Positions 19,097-29,713 of a stretch of DNA of 64,000 nucleotides are shown one piece after another. The stretch spans positions 11,802-75,801 of the forward strand of contig JAQWAQ010000002.1 of assembly GCA_028707635.1 (NCBI GenBank), given 5' to 3'. The DNA is from Negativicutes bacterium. Its GTDB lineage: Bacteria > Bacillota > Negativicutes > JAAYSF01. Both the position numbers and the translations under genes were made by a program. The stretch's first letter is position 1. Each line of letters starts with the position of its first letter. Under the pieces are notes generated by a model. The model was given only the letters and a program-made list of their open reading frames with translations, was not told where the DNA came from and did no database searches.

Positions 19097-20266
19097 TTAG
19101 CTGCCCTGGTCAGGGCTCGGCCCAAGAAAGACGGCAAACGCAATCAAGCCGCTCAAAGCAATAGCACTCCCCAGATAAAACATCATCTCAAAGCCAAATC
19201 GCTCACCCAGCGCCCCTAAAAGAACAGCACCGGCCGTAATCCCTAGATCCATAAATGAGGTAAAGAAACCTAAGGCGCTGCCCCGATCCCGCGGAGGCGT
19301 ATAATCAACAACCAACGCATTCAGGGTTGGCATAAAGGCACCAAAGCCAAGACCAAACAGCCCGCCGATCAGAGCCAACTTAAACAGGCTGTCAATACCA
19401 GGCAATAAAAAAGTTGCAATGACCACGAGCGCGATAAACGGCATAACGAGCTTCCGGCGGCCGATACGATCTGACAACTTACCGACCAATACCCGGCTCA
19501 TAATCGTGCTAATCGCATAAACCGTAAAGAAGATGCCGAAATCCTTAATTCCGCGCTGGGGCACAAATAACGGCAGAAACGTAAAAACAGCGCCGTACGC
19601 CGTTGCCCCACCAAGCAAAGCTAGCGACGGTACGATAACACCCCGTCGCCTGACAAGTTCAAACGTAGTGGCCGGTCTAAAGCTCTTTCCGGACCCATGA
19701 TTAATTTCTTTAAGAAAAACGACTGCGACCAAAGCAATTCCCGCTGCCAATGCAGCAAGACTAAAAAGATAATTAAAATTCCCAGTGGCGCTAATCAAGG
19801 TAGTTCCCCAGGCTGGAAACAACGCCATGGCCACAATATTTGAAGTTCCATAAATCCCGATTACTTCACCCCGACGCTGCGGCGGGGCAATATCAGCAAT
19901 ATAGGCAGCCGATGCCGCCATAAAGCAGGCATGAGCAAAGCCGTGCGCCGCTCGGGCTGCATAAAGAAAAGGCAGTGTCTCAATATAATTATAAAGAATA
20001 AAAAACACAACAAAAAAAGCACTGCCCAACAACATAAACCGTTTATGACCATACCTATCGACCATCTTACCGAAGTAGGGCCGAGCGGCCACCGCCGCAA
20101 GGGTAAACCACCCCATCACCATACCAACCTGGCTTGGTGAACCACCTAAAACACCAACATATTGCGGTAAGGTCGGCAACAAGAAATAAAAACTGCCGAA
20201 ATAAAAGAAGTTGGCAAGACAAAGCAAAACAAAATCCCGTGACCACAGTCTAAACTCACCACCCAT
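19097..20266 (-). CDS. MFS transporter
   Basis: 389 aa with 12 predicted TM helices and an MFS signature ...GKMVDRYGHKRFML... Confidence 0.75.
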   Translation of the reverse strand: MGGEFRLWSRDFVLLCLANFFYFGSFYFLLPTLPQYVGVLGGSPSQVGMVMGWFTLAAVAARPYFGKMVDRYGHKRFMLLGSAFFVVFFILYNYIETLPFLYAARAAHGFAHACFMAASAAYIADIAPPQRRGEVIGIYGTSNIVAMALFPAWGTTLISATGNFNYLFSLAALAAGIALVAVVFLKEINHGSGKSFRPATTFELVRRRGVIVPSLALLGGATAYGAVFTFLPLFVPQRGIKDFGIFFTVYAISTIMSRVLVGKLSDRIGRRKLVMPFIALVVIATFLLPGIDSLFKLALIGGLFGLGFGAFMPTLNALVVDYTPPRDRGSALGFFTSFMDLGITAGAVLLGALGERFGFEMMFYLGSAIALSGLIAFAVFLGPSPDQGS

Positions 20267-20394
20267 TTGCCTCGCCCCCTTTCCTTTTCTATTTTAGCAC
20301 AAACTAAATATAACATAATCACTACCTTGTAGTCATATATTCTAAATTAAACGCACTTTATTATTTTGCTAAACCAAAAAGGACTTGCACTCCC

Positions 20395-20428
20395 ATTGAC
20401 ACTCTAACAACCTATAAAGTAAAATAGA
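20395..20428 (+). promoter_or_regulatory. Sigma-A-type promoter (TTGACA-N18-TAAAAT) for the dapB-like gene
   Basis: TTGACACTCTAACAACCTATAAAGTAAAAT. Confidence 0.45.
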
Positions 20429-20458
20429 GTTGTCAGTAATTTTTTAGGAGGTTGGTAG

Positions 20459-21274
20459 ATGAAAACAGCGCTGATTGGATTGGGCAGGACAGGAAAAAAT
20501 GTCGCCGAATACTTGATAAAGCAGGATACCCTTGCAATGGTGTTGTGTCGACAAAGTAGTCCAAATGCCAATAAGGATATTGGCGAGATATTGGGCAGTA
20601 ACCTTACAGGGATTACTGTCGAAACAATCGACCACCTGGAACGCAAACTTTTCCATAAGCAGCCTGATGTCCTGATCGATTTTTCTGGTCACACCTTTCT
20701 AAAGGAAAATATCCATACCTTAGCAAAATGTGGGGTAAATGTCGTAACAGCGGTTACCGATTATGAGCCGGCCGAGATAGAAAGGCTCCGAATCTTTGCC
20801 GAAAAAGGCAATATCGGTATTGTAATGGCCCCCAATATTACCTATGGTGTCAATGTTATGATGCTGATGGCTGAAATCGCCGCCGAGCTAATGGGCGACT
20901 ATGACTTTGAAGTATTCGAAGAGCACCATAAACACAAAAAAGACCGCCCCTCGGGAACGGCCAAAAAGATTGTCAATAAGATCAGAACAGGCTTACTGGA
21001 AGAAAAAGAAATCCCCGAACATGTTGTGAGAGCAGGAGGTATCGTTGGCAAACATAAAGTTCTTATTTGCGGCGAATTCGACAAAATTGAAATCTCACAT
21101 GAATCTTTTTCGCGAGTTGCTTTTGCCGAAGGTGCTTATAAGGCCGCTAAGTTTATCAACGGTAAAACCGGGTTTTATGAAATGAGTGACATCTTTGAGT
21201 ATGAACGCCAGCAACGACGTCAAATAGTTATCCAACATCAGCCAACTGAGTTTGAAAAAGAAGATCCAGCGTAG
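20459..21274 (+). CDS. dapB: 4-hydroxy-tetrahydrodipicolinate reductase (DapB family)
   Basis: N-terminal GxxGxxG (MKTALIGLGRTGK) and DapB signature EEHHKHKKDRPSGTAKKI. Confidence 0.65.
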   Translation: MKTALIGLGRTGKNVAEYLIKQDTLAMVLCRQSSPNANKDIGEILGSNLTGITVETIDHLERKLFHKQPDVLIDFSGHTFLKENIHTLAKCGVNVVTAVTDYEPAEIERLRIFAEKGNIGIVMAPNITYGVNVMMLMAEIAAELMGDYDFEVFEEHHKHKKDRPSGTAKKIVNKIRTGLLEEKEIPEHVVRAGGIVGKHKVLICGEFDKIEISHESFSRVAFAEGAYKAAKFINGKTGFYEMSDIFEYERQQRRQIVIQHQPTEFEKEDPA

Positions 21275-21340
21275 TATTAATGAACCGAGGTGTTTTTAAA
21301 CATACCATGAATACAAGTGAAATAGACTTAATAGTATAAT

Positions 21341-21383
21341 AAGACTACCTTCCCAAAAGGGTTGGTAGTCTTATTATTTGTTT
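21341..21383 (+). terminator. Intrinsic terminator after the dapB-like gene
   Basis: AAGACTACCTTCCCAAAAGGGTTGGTAGTCTT plus ATTATTTGTTTG. Confidence 0.65.
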
Positions 21384-21472
21384 GAGCATATTGACAAAGG
21401 ATTTTTTGCGCAAGTATTGAAGTATGAGAATATAATGCCGACTTAGGCCAGGCAACGAAAGGGAGGAATAAT

Positions 21473-21775
21473 ATGGCTATTGATGCAATTGTACTCCATA
21501 CTAATGACAATGTAGCAACAGCGGTGCAAGAGTTAAAAACGGGTCAGCAAGCTACTATTCGACTAGGCCGCGAGTTAAATCAGCTTACCTTGGCAGAGAA
21601 CATTCCTTATGGACACAAATTCTCCATACGAACCATCAGCCTCGGAGAAAACATCCTGAAATATGGCGAGGTCATTGGCCGGGCAACAGTGCAAATTGAA
21701 GCCGGTCGCCATGCGCATGTGCAGAACATTGAAAGCCTGCGTGGCCGCGGCGACTTGGGCAAGGAGGAACAATGA
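21473..21775 (+). CDS. UxaA-family hydrolyase small (SAF-domain) subunit, altronate/galactarate dehydratase-like
   Basis: 100 aa with an N-terminal SAF-like domain; stop overlaps the next start (ATGA). Confidence 0.7.
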   Translation: MAIDAIVLHTNDNVATAVQELKTGQQATIRLGRELNQLTLAENIPYGHKFSIRTISLGENILKYGEVIGRATVQIEAGRHAHVQNIESLRGRGDLGKEEQ

Positions 21776-22935
21776 TGGAGTTTATGGGTTATCGCCGCGC
21801 CGACGGCACAGTCGGCACACGCAACTATGTTGGCATTTTGTCTGCCGTCGTGTGTGTCAACGAAGTAGTAGAAGCAATTGCCAGCCAAGTCCAGGGTGCG
21901 GTTCGCTTCACGCACCACCAGGGCTGTTGCCAAACGCCGCTTGATATTGGCCGAGTTAACCACGCACTGGTTGGACTAGGACGAAATCCTAATCTGCATT
22001 CAGTCATCATTATCAGCCTGGGGTGCGAGAGCACCGATCTGTCTGGAGTGATTGAAGGTATTCGAGCCAGCGGAAAACGTGTCGAACATCTCACCGTCCA
22101 AGAAGTCGGTGGAGCAGCCCGCACCACAGCACAAGGAATTTTAATGGCTCAGGACATGGTCCGCGACGCCTCACTGCAGCAGAGGGAGCCCTTCCCCATC
22201 AGCGAACTGATGTTGGGAATGAAATGCGGCAGTTCTGATACGACGTCAGGCTTGGTACCAAATCCGGCGATTGGCGTTGCTTCCGATTTATTGGTTGAAG
22301 CTGGCGGGACGTCAATCCTTGGTGAAGTCACTGAATTTATCGGAGCTGAACATATTTTGGCTCGCCATGCTGCAAATGAACAAGTCGCCCAGGGCATCTT
22401 GAACCTAGTTACACGCATGGAGGCACGGGCCATGGCGGTTGGTGAAGATATTCGCGGCGGACAACCGACAGGCGGCAACATCAAGGGCGGGCTTACCACT
22501 ATCGAAGAAAAATCACTAGGAGCCATTGCCAAGGCTGGTAATGCGCCTATTCAGGCAGTATATGAATATGGCGAACGTCCACAGGTAAGAGGACTTGTTG
22601 TCATGGATTCACCAGGACGCGAACCCGAAATACTGACCGGTCTAGCCGCTGCGGGCTGCAATGTTATCGCTTTTGCCACAGGCCGAGGTGCGCCGCAAGG
22701 CTTTCCATTCGTACCAGTACTTAAGATTACCGGCAGCCGCACGGCCGCTGAGAAGATGAGCGATCACATCGATATGAACCTAAGTGCCGTAATTGACGGC
22801 GGCGACACCATTCCCGACGCCGGACGGCGTATTCTAGAGGAGTTAGTAACAATCGCCTCAGGTGGTATGACAAAAGCAGAAATCTCCGGCTATACTAACT
22901 CGATGGATATTTATATGCTCGGACCGGTTATTTAG
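21772..22935 (+). CDS. UxaA-family hydrolyase large subunit (D-altronate/galactarate dehydratase C-terminal domain)
   Basis: 387 aa ...YMGYRRADGTVGTRNYVGIL..., typical of the UxaA/GarD C-terminal region. Confidence 0.75.
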   Translation: MMEFMGYRRADGTVGTRNYVGILSAVVCVNEVVEAIASQVQGAVRFTHHQGCCQTPLDIGRVNHALVGLGRNPNLHSVIIISLGCESTDLSGVIEGIRASGKRVEHLTVQEVGGAARTTAQGILMAQDMVRDASLQQREPFPISELMLGMKCGSSDTTSGLVPNPAIGVASDLLVEAGGTSILGEVTEFIGAEHILARHAANEQVAQGILNLVTRMEARAMAVGEDIRGGQPTGGNIKGGLTTIEEKSLGAIAKAGNAPIQAVYEYGERPQVRGLVVMDSPGREPEILTGLAAAGCNVIAFATGRGAPQGFPFVPVLKITGSRTAAEKMSDHIDMNLSAVIDGGDTIPDAGRRILEELVTIASGGMTKAEISGYTNSMDIYMLGPVI

Positions 22936-22950
22936 CAACTTAACATTTAA

Positions 22951-22992
22951 GGGCAGGTACCTTGTTGTTTTAAACAGTGTACCTGCCCTTTT
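22951..22992 (+). terminator. Intrinsic terminator
   Basis: GGGCAGGTACCTTGTTGTTTTAAACAGTGTACCTGCCC plus TTTTCAT. Confidence 0.75.
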
Positions 22993-23026
22993 CATAAGCA
23001 GCGGCTACCAAGATTCAGATGAATTT

Positions 23027-23047
23027 ATCTGAATCAAGTCTCACTTT
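23027..23047 (-). repeat. Copy B of the conserved 21-nt motif (reads AAAGTGAGACTTGATTCAGAT on the minus strand)
   Basis: Followed by the perfect 9-bp inverted repeat GATTCAGAT-AAATTC-ATCTGAATC. Confidence 0.6.
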
Positions 23048-23105
23048 ATTTCCGGCTTCGTAGTAATATAGAGATATTTGCAAATTATTTTAAAGGGGGA
23101 TTATT

Positions 23106-23435
23106 ATGGCTGCCAAATATCATGATATAAAAATTACCGTATTAAAAAAACTCGAAGTCCCTGATATTCACAAAGAATATGCTGCTGACGGTGTTCACAC
23201 CCAATGTGCCAAATATAAGGAAGGCCACGAATATATTTGTAAGAATGTTGTAAAGCCCGATGGATTCTGTTCATGGGCTTGGGTGGCTGTTCAGGATAAA
23301 GTTGTTTTTCTATCCCTTGGTCATGATTATCCTTGGATTAAACAAAAAGGGTTCGAAATCGTATGCTGTGCGGACGGGCTTCATCCTGTACTTTACAAGC
23401 TAGAGCGACTCCCCTTCGACTCGAAAGAACTATAG
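23106..23435 (+). CDS. Hypothetical Cys/His-rich 109-aa protein (possibly TIGR04076-like)
   Basis: ATG after AAAGGGGGA. No clear domain from sequence alone. Confidence 0.45.
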   Translation: MAAKYHDIKITVLKKLEVPDIHKEYAADGVHTQCAKYKEGHEYICKNVVKPDGFCSWAWVAVQDKVVFLSLGHDYPWIKQKGFEIVCCADGLHPVLYKLERLPFDSKEL

Positions 23436-23464
23436 CCCTTGATAATAATACACACTGAACATCG

Positions 23465-23500
23465 AAAAGCTTCACGGCCAAAACCGTGAAGCTTTTTGTC
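23465..23500. terminator. Bidirectional terminator between the hypothetical gene and nuoN
   Basis: AAAAGCTTCACGGCCAAAACCGTGAAGCTTTTTGTC. Confidence 0.7.
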
Positions 23501-23528
23501 TAAATGGTTTTTTAAATTGACCGCTCTT

Positions 23529-24941
23529 TTACCACAATGCCTGGGCAGCAAAATTCGCCAACTTGGCCAACGGTCCTGGGTATATGCCTATAAACAAGCT
23601 AGCCAGCAAGCTAATCACCGCAACAACCTGTAATGATCCACGAACAACAAACTCTTGCTGATCCCTTGCTTTACTATACATCGTTTTAACAACAAGCATA
23701 TAGTAGTACACTGAAATCATCGACATGACAAATCCAAGTATAACCAGCCACAAGTATCCTTTGTCAGCGATGGCCGTAAATAGATATAGCTTTCCGACAA
23801 AACCGGCCATTGGAGGAAGCCCAGCCATGGATAGTAAAGATATTGTCATAACCACCGCCAATAGCGGTGATTTTTGTGCCAATCCGGAAAAGCCCTCAAT
23901 CTCATCGGAACCATTATGGTTCTTAACAGCCGTCGATACCGCAAATGCTCCGGCAGTAGCGAACATATAAAGCACAGCGTAAAACAGCATCCCCTTGACT
24001 CCAGCTACATTCCCAGCCAATAATCCGGACAAAATATAACCAGCCTGGGCAATTGAAGAATACGCTAGCATTCGCTTAATATTCGTCTGCCAGATTGCGA
24101 CTACAATCCCAACAATCATACTGGCCGCAGCTAACAAACTGACAATCGTTGCCCAATACTCTTGCAGATCAGAAAAAGCGATCAAAAACACACGAATTAG
24201 AACTGCAAAAGCAGCCGCTTTAGAGCCCATTGCCAACATGGCAGTAATGGGAGTAGGCGCACCTTCATAAACATCGGGAGCCCACATATGAAAAGGCACT
24301 ATCGACAATTTAAAGCAAAGCCCAGCTAACATAAGACCCATGCCCAGCAGCATAGCCGGACTGGCAGTCGCCTTAACGGCAATCTGACTCAGAACTAGAC
24401 TGCCGGTAAAGCCATAAACCCAGCTCATGCCATACAGCATGATGGCACTCGAAGCCGCGCCAAGCATTAAATACTTCATCCCAGCTTCACTTGACTTTTT
24501 GCTGCGCAGCTCAAATCCAACCAGCGCATAAAAGACAATTGCCATCAGTTCCATTCCAATAAACATTGTTATTAAGTCATTGGCTGAAGCCATCACCATC
24601 ATACCCAGTAAGGCAAACAACAATAACGCGTAGAACTCGCCACTATTCTGGATCCATTTTTCAACATACTCAACAGAAAACAACAGTGTCAAAAAAGTCG
24701 CCGCCAAAAATAGCTGTTTAAAAAACAAAGCAAGGTTATCGACTACAAAAAGGCCCTGATAGACTGTGGCTGCTGCGCCATATTGCGTCATACTATGCAC
24801 TAGAATCGCAAGAACACCACAAGCTGCTATATAGCCCAAACTGCGATGCGTTTCTTGACGTGGTATCAATACGTCAAAGATGATAATCAGCAAACCGAGT
24901 ACGAGAACTGCGATTTCACTGGTTAAGAGTGCAATGTTCAT
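23529..24941 (-). CDS. nuoN: NADH-quinone oxidoreductase subunit N
   Basis: 470-aa polytopic antiporter-like subunit; last gene of the nuo operon. Confidence 0.85.
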   Translation of the reverse strand: MNIALLTSEIAVLVLGLLIIIFDVLIPRQETHRSLGYIAACGVLAILVHSMTQYGAAATVYQGLFVVDNLALFFKQLFLAATFLTLLFSVEYVEKWIQNSGEFYALLLFALLGMMVMASANDLITMFIGMELMAIVFYALVGFELRSKKSSEAGMKYLMLGAASSAIMLYGMSWVYGFTGSLVLSQIAVKATASPAMLLGMGLMLAGLCFKLSIVPFHMWAPDVYEGAPTPITAMLAMGSKAAAFAVLIRVFLIAFSDLQEYWATIVSLLAAASMIVGIVVAIWQTNIKRMLAYSSIAQAGYILSGLLAGNVAGVKGMLFYAVLYMFATAGAFAVSTAVKNHNGSDEIEGFSGLAQKSPLLAVVMTISLLSMAGLPPMAGFVGKLYLFTAIADKGYLWLVILGFVMSMISVYYYMLVVKTMYSKARDQQEFVVRGSLQVVAVISLLASLFIGIYPGPLAKLANFAAQALW

Positions 24942-26473
24942 TGGAAAACACCTCCCAGCAAAGTCGGTGCCGCGTGCAACTGATTCAGAAGCGGCATGAG
25001 CGGCTCTACACCGCTGTTAACCATCCCCATCAACAATTGCGGGAAAACACCAAATACGACTAACACAGTCCCCAGTACGACAAGCGGTATCAACTCGACT
25101 CCAGATACATCACGGCAAGCGTCAAATTCTTCACGCCGCGGCCCGAACAAGACATTGGCCAGCACCCGTAATATATAAAGAGCTGTGAAAACAATCCCCG
25201 AAATCGCCAGTAAAGTATAGAAAGGATATTCTTTAAAAGCCCCCACAAAGATCGTAAACTCGGGAATGAATCCAACTAACCCCGGCAATCCCAATGAGCT
25301 CATCCCCGCGATCATAAGTCCTGTCGCCACGCGCGGCATTTGATGAGCTAAGCCGCCTAAATCAGGAATATGGCGTGTCTGCGTTTTGTCATAAACCTGA
25401 CCAATCAGAGCAAAAAACAACGCACACATGACGCCATGCGCAAACATATTCGCAACAGCGCCATCAATGCTGATGACATTTAAGGCCGCAAAACCGATCA
25501 ATACATAGCCCATATGGGAGATGGACGAATACCCGACAAGATATTTTAAATCTTTTTGCACTAACGTAATAAACGCTGCATACAGAATATTGACTACCGC
25601 TACAAGCGCAATAAAAGGTGCCCAAAATTTAGCCCCTAACGGTAAGACCAATAACCCTACCCGGATCAAACCGTAGCCGCCCACCTTCTTTAATACACCG
25701 GCATGCAGCATCGATACCCCCGTGGGTGCCGCTGCATACCCATCCGGCGCCCAACTGTAAAGCGGCCACATCGACAACGTAGAGCCAAAGCCGATCAACA
25801 AAAGGAAAAAGACAACGATTTGAACATGCTCTGATAAATTGCCCAGCGCATGAGCCTGAGCCAGCGCTTCCATGCTAAAGGTCCGCAACCCGGCCGGATA
25901 TGCGTTAAGATATAACGCAACAACTCCCGCCAGTAAAAAAGCTGAACCGATTAACAAGTAAATCGTTAACTTCATCCCAGCATATTCTTTCGTCACGCGT
26001 TTATCGGAACCCCACACAACAGTCATAATATACGTCGGGATTACCCATAATTCATAGAATAGTAAAAAAATAAGTAAATCCTGGGTAACAAACGTTCCGG
26101 CAGCCCCAACCACTAAGACCAGTAATTGAATAAAAAATTCTTTAGGACGCTCATTCACGTTCCAAGAAACAAAGACAGTCGAAAATCCAACCAACATCGT
26201 TAAGAGAAGCAACGGTAAAGAAATACCATCCACACCTAACGCATAGTGTACGCCTAAGTCTGCGACCCAAGGAATATCCTCAGTAAATTGCATACCTGCT
26301 AAGGCAACATCATAAGCCCAATAGGCATATACTGTTAAGCCGAGAGCAACGGCCATGGTAACCGCTGCAATCATTTTCATCATCTTATTCGCCTCACGCG
26401 GAAGGAAAAACAAGACGAGAATCCCACAAATAGGCGTCAATAAAATCGCTGTTAATAACGGAAAGTTAGCCAT
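24938..26473 (-). CDS. nuoM: NADH-quinone oxidoreductase subunit M
   Basis: Antiporter-like subunit. Start MANFPLL at 26473 with GGAGGTGG RBS, preferred over the ORF-track start at 26539. Confidence 0.85.
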   Translation of the reverse strand: MANFPLLTAILLTPICGILVLFFLPREANKMMKMIAAVTMAVALGLTVYAYWAYDVALAGMQFTEDIPWVADLGVHYALGVDGISLPLLLLTMLVGFSTVFVSWNVNERPKEFFIQLLVLVVGAAGTFVTQDLLIFLLFYELWVIPTYIMTVVWGSDKRVTKEYAGMKLTIYLLIGSAFLLAGVVALYLNAYPAGLRTFSMEALAQAHALGNLSEHVQIVVFFLLLIGFGSTLSMWPLYSWAPDGYAAAPTGVSMLHAGVLKKVGGYGLIRVGLLVLPLGAKFWAPFIALVAVVNILYAAFITLVQKDLKYLVGYSSISHMGYVLIGFAALNVISIDGAVANMFAHGVMCALFFALIGQVYDKTQTRHIPDLGGLAHQMPRVATGLMIAGMSSLGLPGLVGFIPEFTIFVGAFKEYPFYTLLAISGIVFTALYILRVLANVLFGPRREEFDACRDVSGVELIPLVVLGTVLVVFGVFPQLLMGMVNSGVEPLMPLLNQLHAAPTLLGGVFQ

Positions 26474-26474
26474 C

Positions 26475-28379
26475 TTAGTAACCACCTCCACATAAGACGC
26501 CTTTGAATAACGGATTGAGCAGAAGCAACCCTGCCACAATCAGCAATGCCGCTCCAAACATGATGTAGCCATACCGCTGCATATTTCCTGTTTGCTTGCG
26601 GCGCAGCCAGTCGCCTAATTGCAGCGATAAATGAGCCAGCCCATTCACAATACCTTCGATAACATAAATTTCAATCCAATATAAAAGCTTGCCGAAGCCA
26701 TCAACAAACGTATGATTCAACCACAAGTACAACTCATCAATATAATATTTGTGATAACTTAGGTTGTATAAGGCGCTAAAACGCCTCGCTAGCTTATCAG
26801 ATGTAGCCTTGCCAGAACCGTAGATAAACCAAGCCAGCGCCATGGCCGCTACTGACAATACAGTCGACGTTCCGGCAATCGTCCAATTCAGTCCCATGTG
26901 TAAAGCCGGACCAAATCGCACCCAGTCGCCGAAATGATAGGCATAAGGTATATATCCGCCAATTATCGCAAGAATACCCAGCACGACCAAAGGAATCCGC
27001 ATAGATACAGGTGCTTCATGCGGATGATTATCAGGTTTCTCCGGTCCGCAAAAGACGACAACCAGCAATCTTGTCATGTAAAAAGCCGTCATAAAAGATG
27101 TCAATACAGCGATAACATACAACGGCATACTGACCTGTGAAGCCGCCAGTAAAATCTCATCCTTGGAAAAGAAGCCGGCAAACGGCGGAATGCCGGATAT
27201 AGCAAGAACACCAATTGTCATGGCGGCAAAGGTAACCGGCATTTTATGCCGTAAACCACCCATGGCAAAAATATCATTTTTATCCGGTAAACCATGCAAT
27301 ACTGCACCGGCAGCCAAGAACATCAATGCTTTAAAAAAGGCATGAGTCGTAAGATGAAACATCGAAGCCGTAACACTTCCAACACCAAGCGCCAGCATCA
27401 TATAACCTAATTGGCTGATTGTCGAATAAGCTAAAATCCGCTTAATATCCCGCTGGGTAAACGCAATACTTGCGGCAAAACAAGCTGTGAACGCCCCAAT
27501 CCAGGCTATTACCTCCATCGCATTAGGCAAAACACTAAATAAGAAGAAGGCCCGCGCTACCAAATACACCCCCGCGACAACCATGGTAGCGGCATGAATC
27601 AATGCCGATACCGGTGTCGGCCCCTCCATCGCATCAGGAAGCCAAACGTGGAGCGGAAACTGCCCGGATTTACCAATTGGACCAAGAAATATGAGCAGAG
27701 CCACAACTGTAAGCAGTCCTGTACCCTGCTGCGCAACATACGCAGGCACAGACACGCCTAAGTGTTGAAAATCCAATGTGCCAAATAAGATTTGTAACAG
27801 CACGATACCGATAAGCAAACCGAAATCACCAATACGGGTAGTAATAAACGCTTTCTTAGCAGCTTCCCGTGCGGAAACCTTATGGAAATAATAGCCAATC
27901 AACAGGTAAGAACACAAGCCAACTAATTCCCAAAAAACATACAGTTGGACGAAATTAACCGCAATGACTAAGCCTAACATGGTAGCGGAAAACAATGATA
28001 AGTACGCAAAAAAGCGTCCAAATCCCGCATCGCCTCGCATGTATCCAATCGAATAAATTTGCACCATCAAAGATACCAGGGTAACAACGATTAACATCAC
28101 CGCCGACAGCGGATCAATATATACCCCCATATCAATCGTCAGCCCTGGTATAACAAGCCAAGGCATTCGCTGAATTAAGGGGTTATCGACTGTAATCAGC
28201 TGATCGATCACTCCATAGCCTACTCCCAATGCCAGTACAAAACTGAGCAGGCTCATGCAAACAGATACAGCCGCCGATAATACAGGAATACGCCGCAAGA
28301 AAAGCCCTACTATTATAAAAGCTATGACTGGCAATAATGGGATCAGCCAGGCATGATGCAATGCATATTGGCTAAACAA
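26475..28379 (-). CDS. nuoL: NADH-quinone oxidoreductase subunit L
   Basis: 634 aa, longest antiporter-like subunit with a C-terminal extension. Confidence 0.85.
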   Translation of the reverse strand: MFSQYALHHAWLIPLLPVIAFIIVGLFLRRIPVLSAAVSVCMSLLSFVLALGVGYGVIDQLITVDNPLIQRMPWLVIPGLTIDMGVYIDPLSAVMLIVVTLVSLMVQIYSIGYMRGDAGFGRFFAYLSLFSATMLGLVIAVNFVQLYVFWELVGLCSYLLIGYYFHKVSAREAAKKAFITTRIGDFGLLIGIVLLQILFGTLDFQHLGVSVPAYVAQQGTGLLTVVALLIFLGPIGKSGQFPLHVWLPDAMEGPTPVSALIHAATMVVAGVYLVARAFFLFSVLPNAMEVIAWIGAFTACFAASIAFTQRDIKRILAYSTISQLGYMMLALGVGSVTASMFHLTTHAFFKALMFLAAGAVLHGLPDKNDIFAMGGLRHKMPVTFAAMTIGVLAISGIPPFAGFFSKDEILLAASQVSMPLYVIAVLTSFMTAFYMTRLLVVVFCGPEKPDNHPHEAPVSMRIPLVVLGILAIIGGYIPYAYHFGDWVRFGPALHMGLNWTIAGTSTVLSVAAMALAWFIYGSGKATSDKLARRFSALYNLSYHKYYIDELYLWLNHTFVDGFGKLLYWIEIYVIEGIVNGLAHLSLQLGDWLRRKQTGNMQRYGYIMFGAALLIVAGLLLLNPLFKGVLCGGGY

Positions 28380-28407
28380 TTTTTTCCACCTACTCTCTCA
28401 TGCAATC

Positions 28408-28716
28408 TTACCAGCGCATCTCATTAAGTCTTGCCGCATGTACTGTGTTACGATCACGATATACTCTAAAAACCATTGCCAATCCTATCGCAACTTCAGC
28501 GGCCGCTACCGCAATCGTAAATATAACAAAGACTTGTCCTGTTAAAACATCTGGTGTAATGAATCGCGAAAAGGCAATTAAATTAATATTTACAGCATTC
28601 AGCATCAACTCAATACTCATTAAAATACCTACGACAGTCCGCTTAGTTAATAGTCCATACAATCCGATTGCAAACACCATAGCGGCAACTGTTAAAAAAT
28701 GAGCCAATCCAATCAT
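28408..28716 (-). CDS. nuoK: NADH-quinone oxidoreductase subunit K
   Basis: 102 aa, three TM helices. Confidence 0.85.
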   Translation of the reverse strand: MIGLAHFLTVAAMVFAIGLYGLLTKRTVVGILMSIELMLNAVNINLIAFSRFITPDVLTGQVFVIFTIAVAAAEVAIGLAMVFRVYRDRNTVHAARLNEMRW

Positions 28717-29225
28717 TCTTCATCCACTCCTTTTGCAAGAACAATCGCACCAATCATCGCTGCCAGTAAGAGGACTGCTGCCACTTCCATGGCAATCATA
28801 TAATCGGTTAGAATTAACCGGCCAAGGACTGCGGGAGTATCTTGAACAGCACCCGCGCTGGAATAATTCCAAGGTGTAGTAGCGATGACGCCCAGAGTAA
28901 CCGCAACAAACAAGCCACTTATCAGTCCAATCAAGCGAGATGGAGCATCCGCCTCCGAATGATTAGTGCCATGCCGAATACTCCGTCGCGTCAGCATCGT
29001 CCCAAGAACAAAAACAATCGCAATGGCCCCATTATAAACAAGAAGTTGGACTGCTGCCAGAAAATCAGCCTGCAAAAGCACATACAAGCCGCTTACGCCA
29101 ACAAAGCATAACGCCAACAGCAGTGAGCTATGCACAAGGTCGTTTTTTGTCACAACGCCCACTGCGGATGCCACAGTCACGGCTGCAAATATGAAAAATG
29201 CGGCAGTATAAGCCCATTCATTCAT
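28713..29225 (-). CDS. nuoJ: NADH-quinone oxidoreductase subunit J
   Basis: 170-aa membrane subunit; overlapping stop/start. Confidence 0.8.
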   Translation of the reverse strand: MNEWAYTAAFFIFAAVTVASAVGVVTKNDLVHSSLLLALCFVGVSGLYVLLQADFLAAVQLLVYNGAIAIVFVLGTMLTRRSIRHGTNHSEADAPSRLIGLISGLFVAVTLGVIATTPWNYSSAGAVQDTPAVLGRLILTDYMIAMEVAAVLLLAAMIGAIVLAKGVDEE

Positions 29226-29701
29226 CCAGCAGCCCTCCCTTGTCGGGTTTTCTCTTGCTCATCCATTTCAGGCTTACCTGTGCCGAACGATTCCTCTGCG
29301 GCCGTTACTGATTTTTGCTGTGAAATGGATAAACAGTCAACGTCTAAATCTTCGCGAAAGTATCGGGCATTTTCATAATTTTTATCCCAACAAATTGCCT
29401 TTGTTGGACATGCCTCGGTGCAAAAATTACAATACAAACATAAGCCAGAATGATAGACATACGATGTTAAGTACTTCTTCTTATCTTCATTCACAGCAGT
29501 CGTCAACTCAATCACATGATTTGGGCAAGCCATTGCACACAGTCCGCATGCAATGCACTTTTTATGATCCAACTCAAGCTCGCCGCCGCGAAAACGCGGT
29601 GACATAGGTAATTTTGCTTCAGGATATTGTACAGTTCCCTTCTTGCTAAAAAACGCTTTTAAGGTAAGACTCATTCCTTTTAATAGTCCTTTACCCCTCA
29701 T
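29222..29701 (-). CDS. nuoI: NADH-quinone oxidoreductase subunit I (2x[4Fe-4S] ferredoxin)
   Basis: Two CxxCxxCxxxCP motifs (CIACGLCAMACP, CLYCNFCTEACP). Confidence 0.85.
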   Translation of the reverse strand: MRGKGLLKGMSLTLKAFFSKKGTVQYPEAKLPMSPRFRGGELELDHKKCIACGLCAMACPNHVIELTTAVNEDKKKYLTSYVYHSGLCLYCNFCTEACPTKAICWDKNYENARYFREDLDVDCLSISQQKSVTAAEESFGTGKPEMDEQEKTRQGRAAG

Positions 29702-29713
29702 AACTTATCCCTC

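Noticed and set aside
21607-22742. Multiple ORFs overlapping the UxaA large-subunit gene on either strand
   Set aside because: Alternative frames and antisense ORFs of a well-supported coding region. Arg/Pro/Ser-rich shadow translations.
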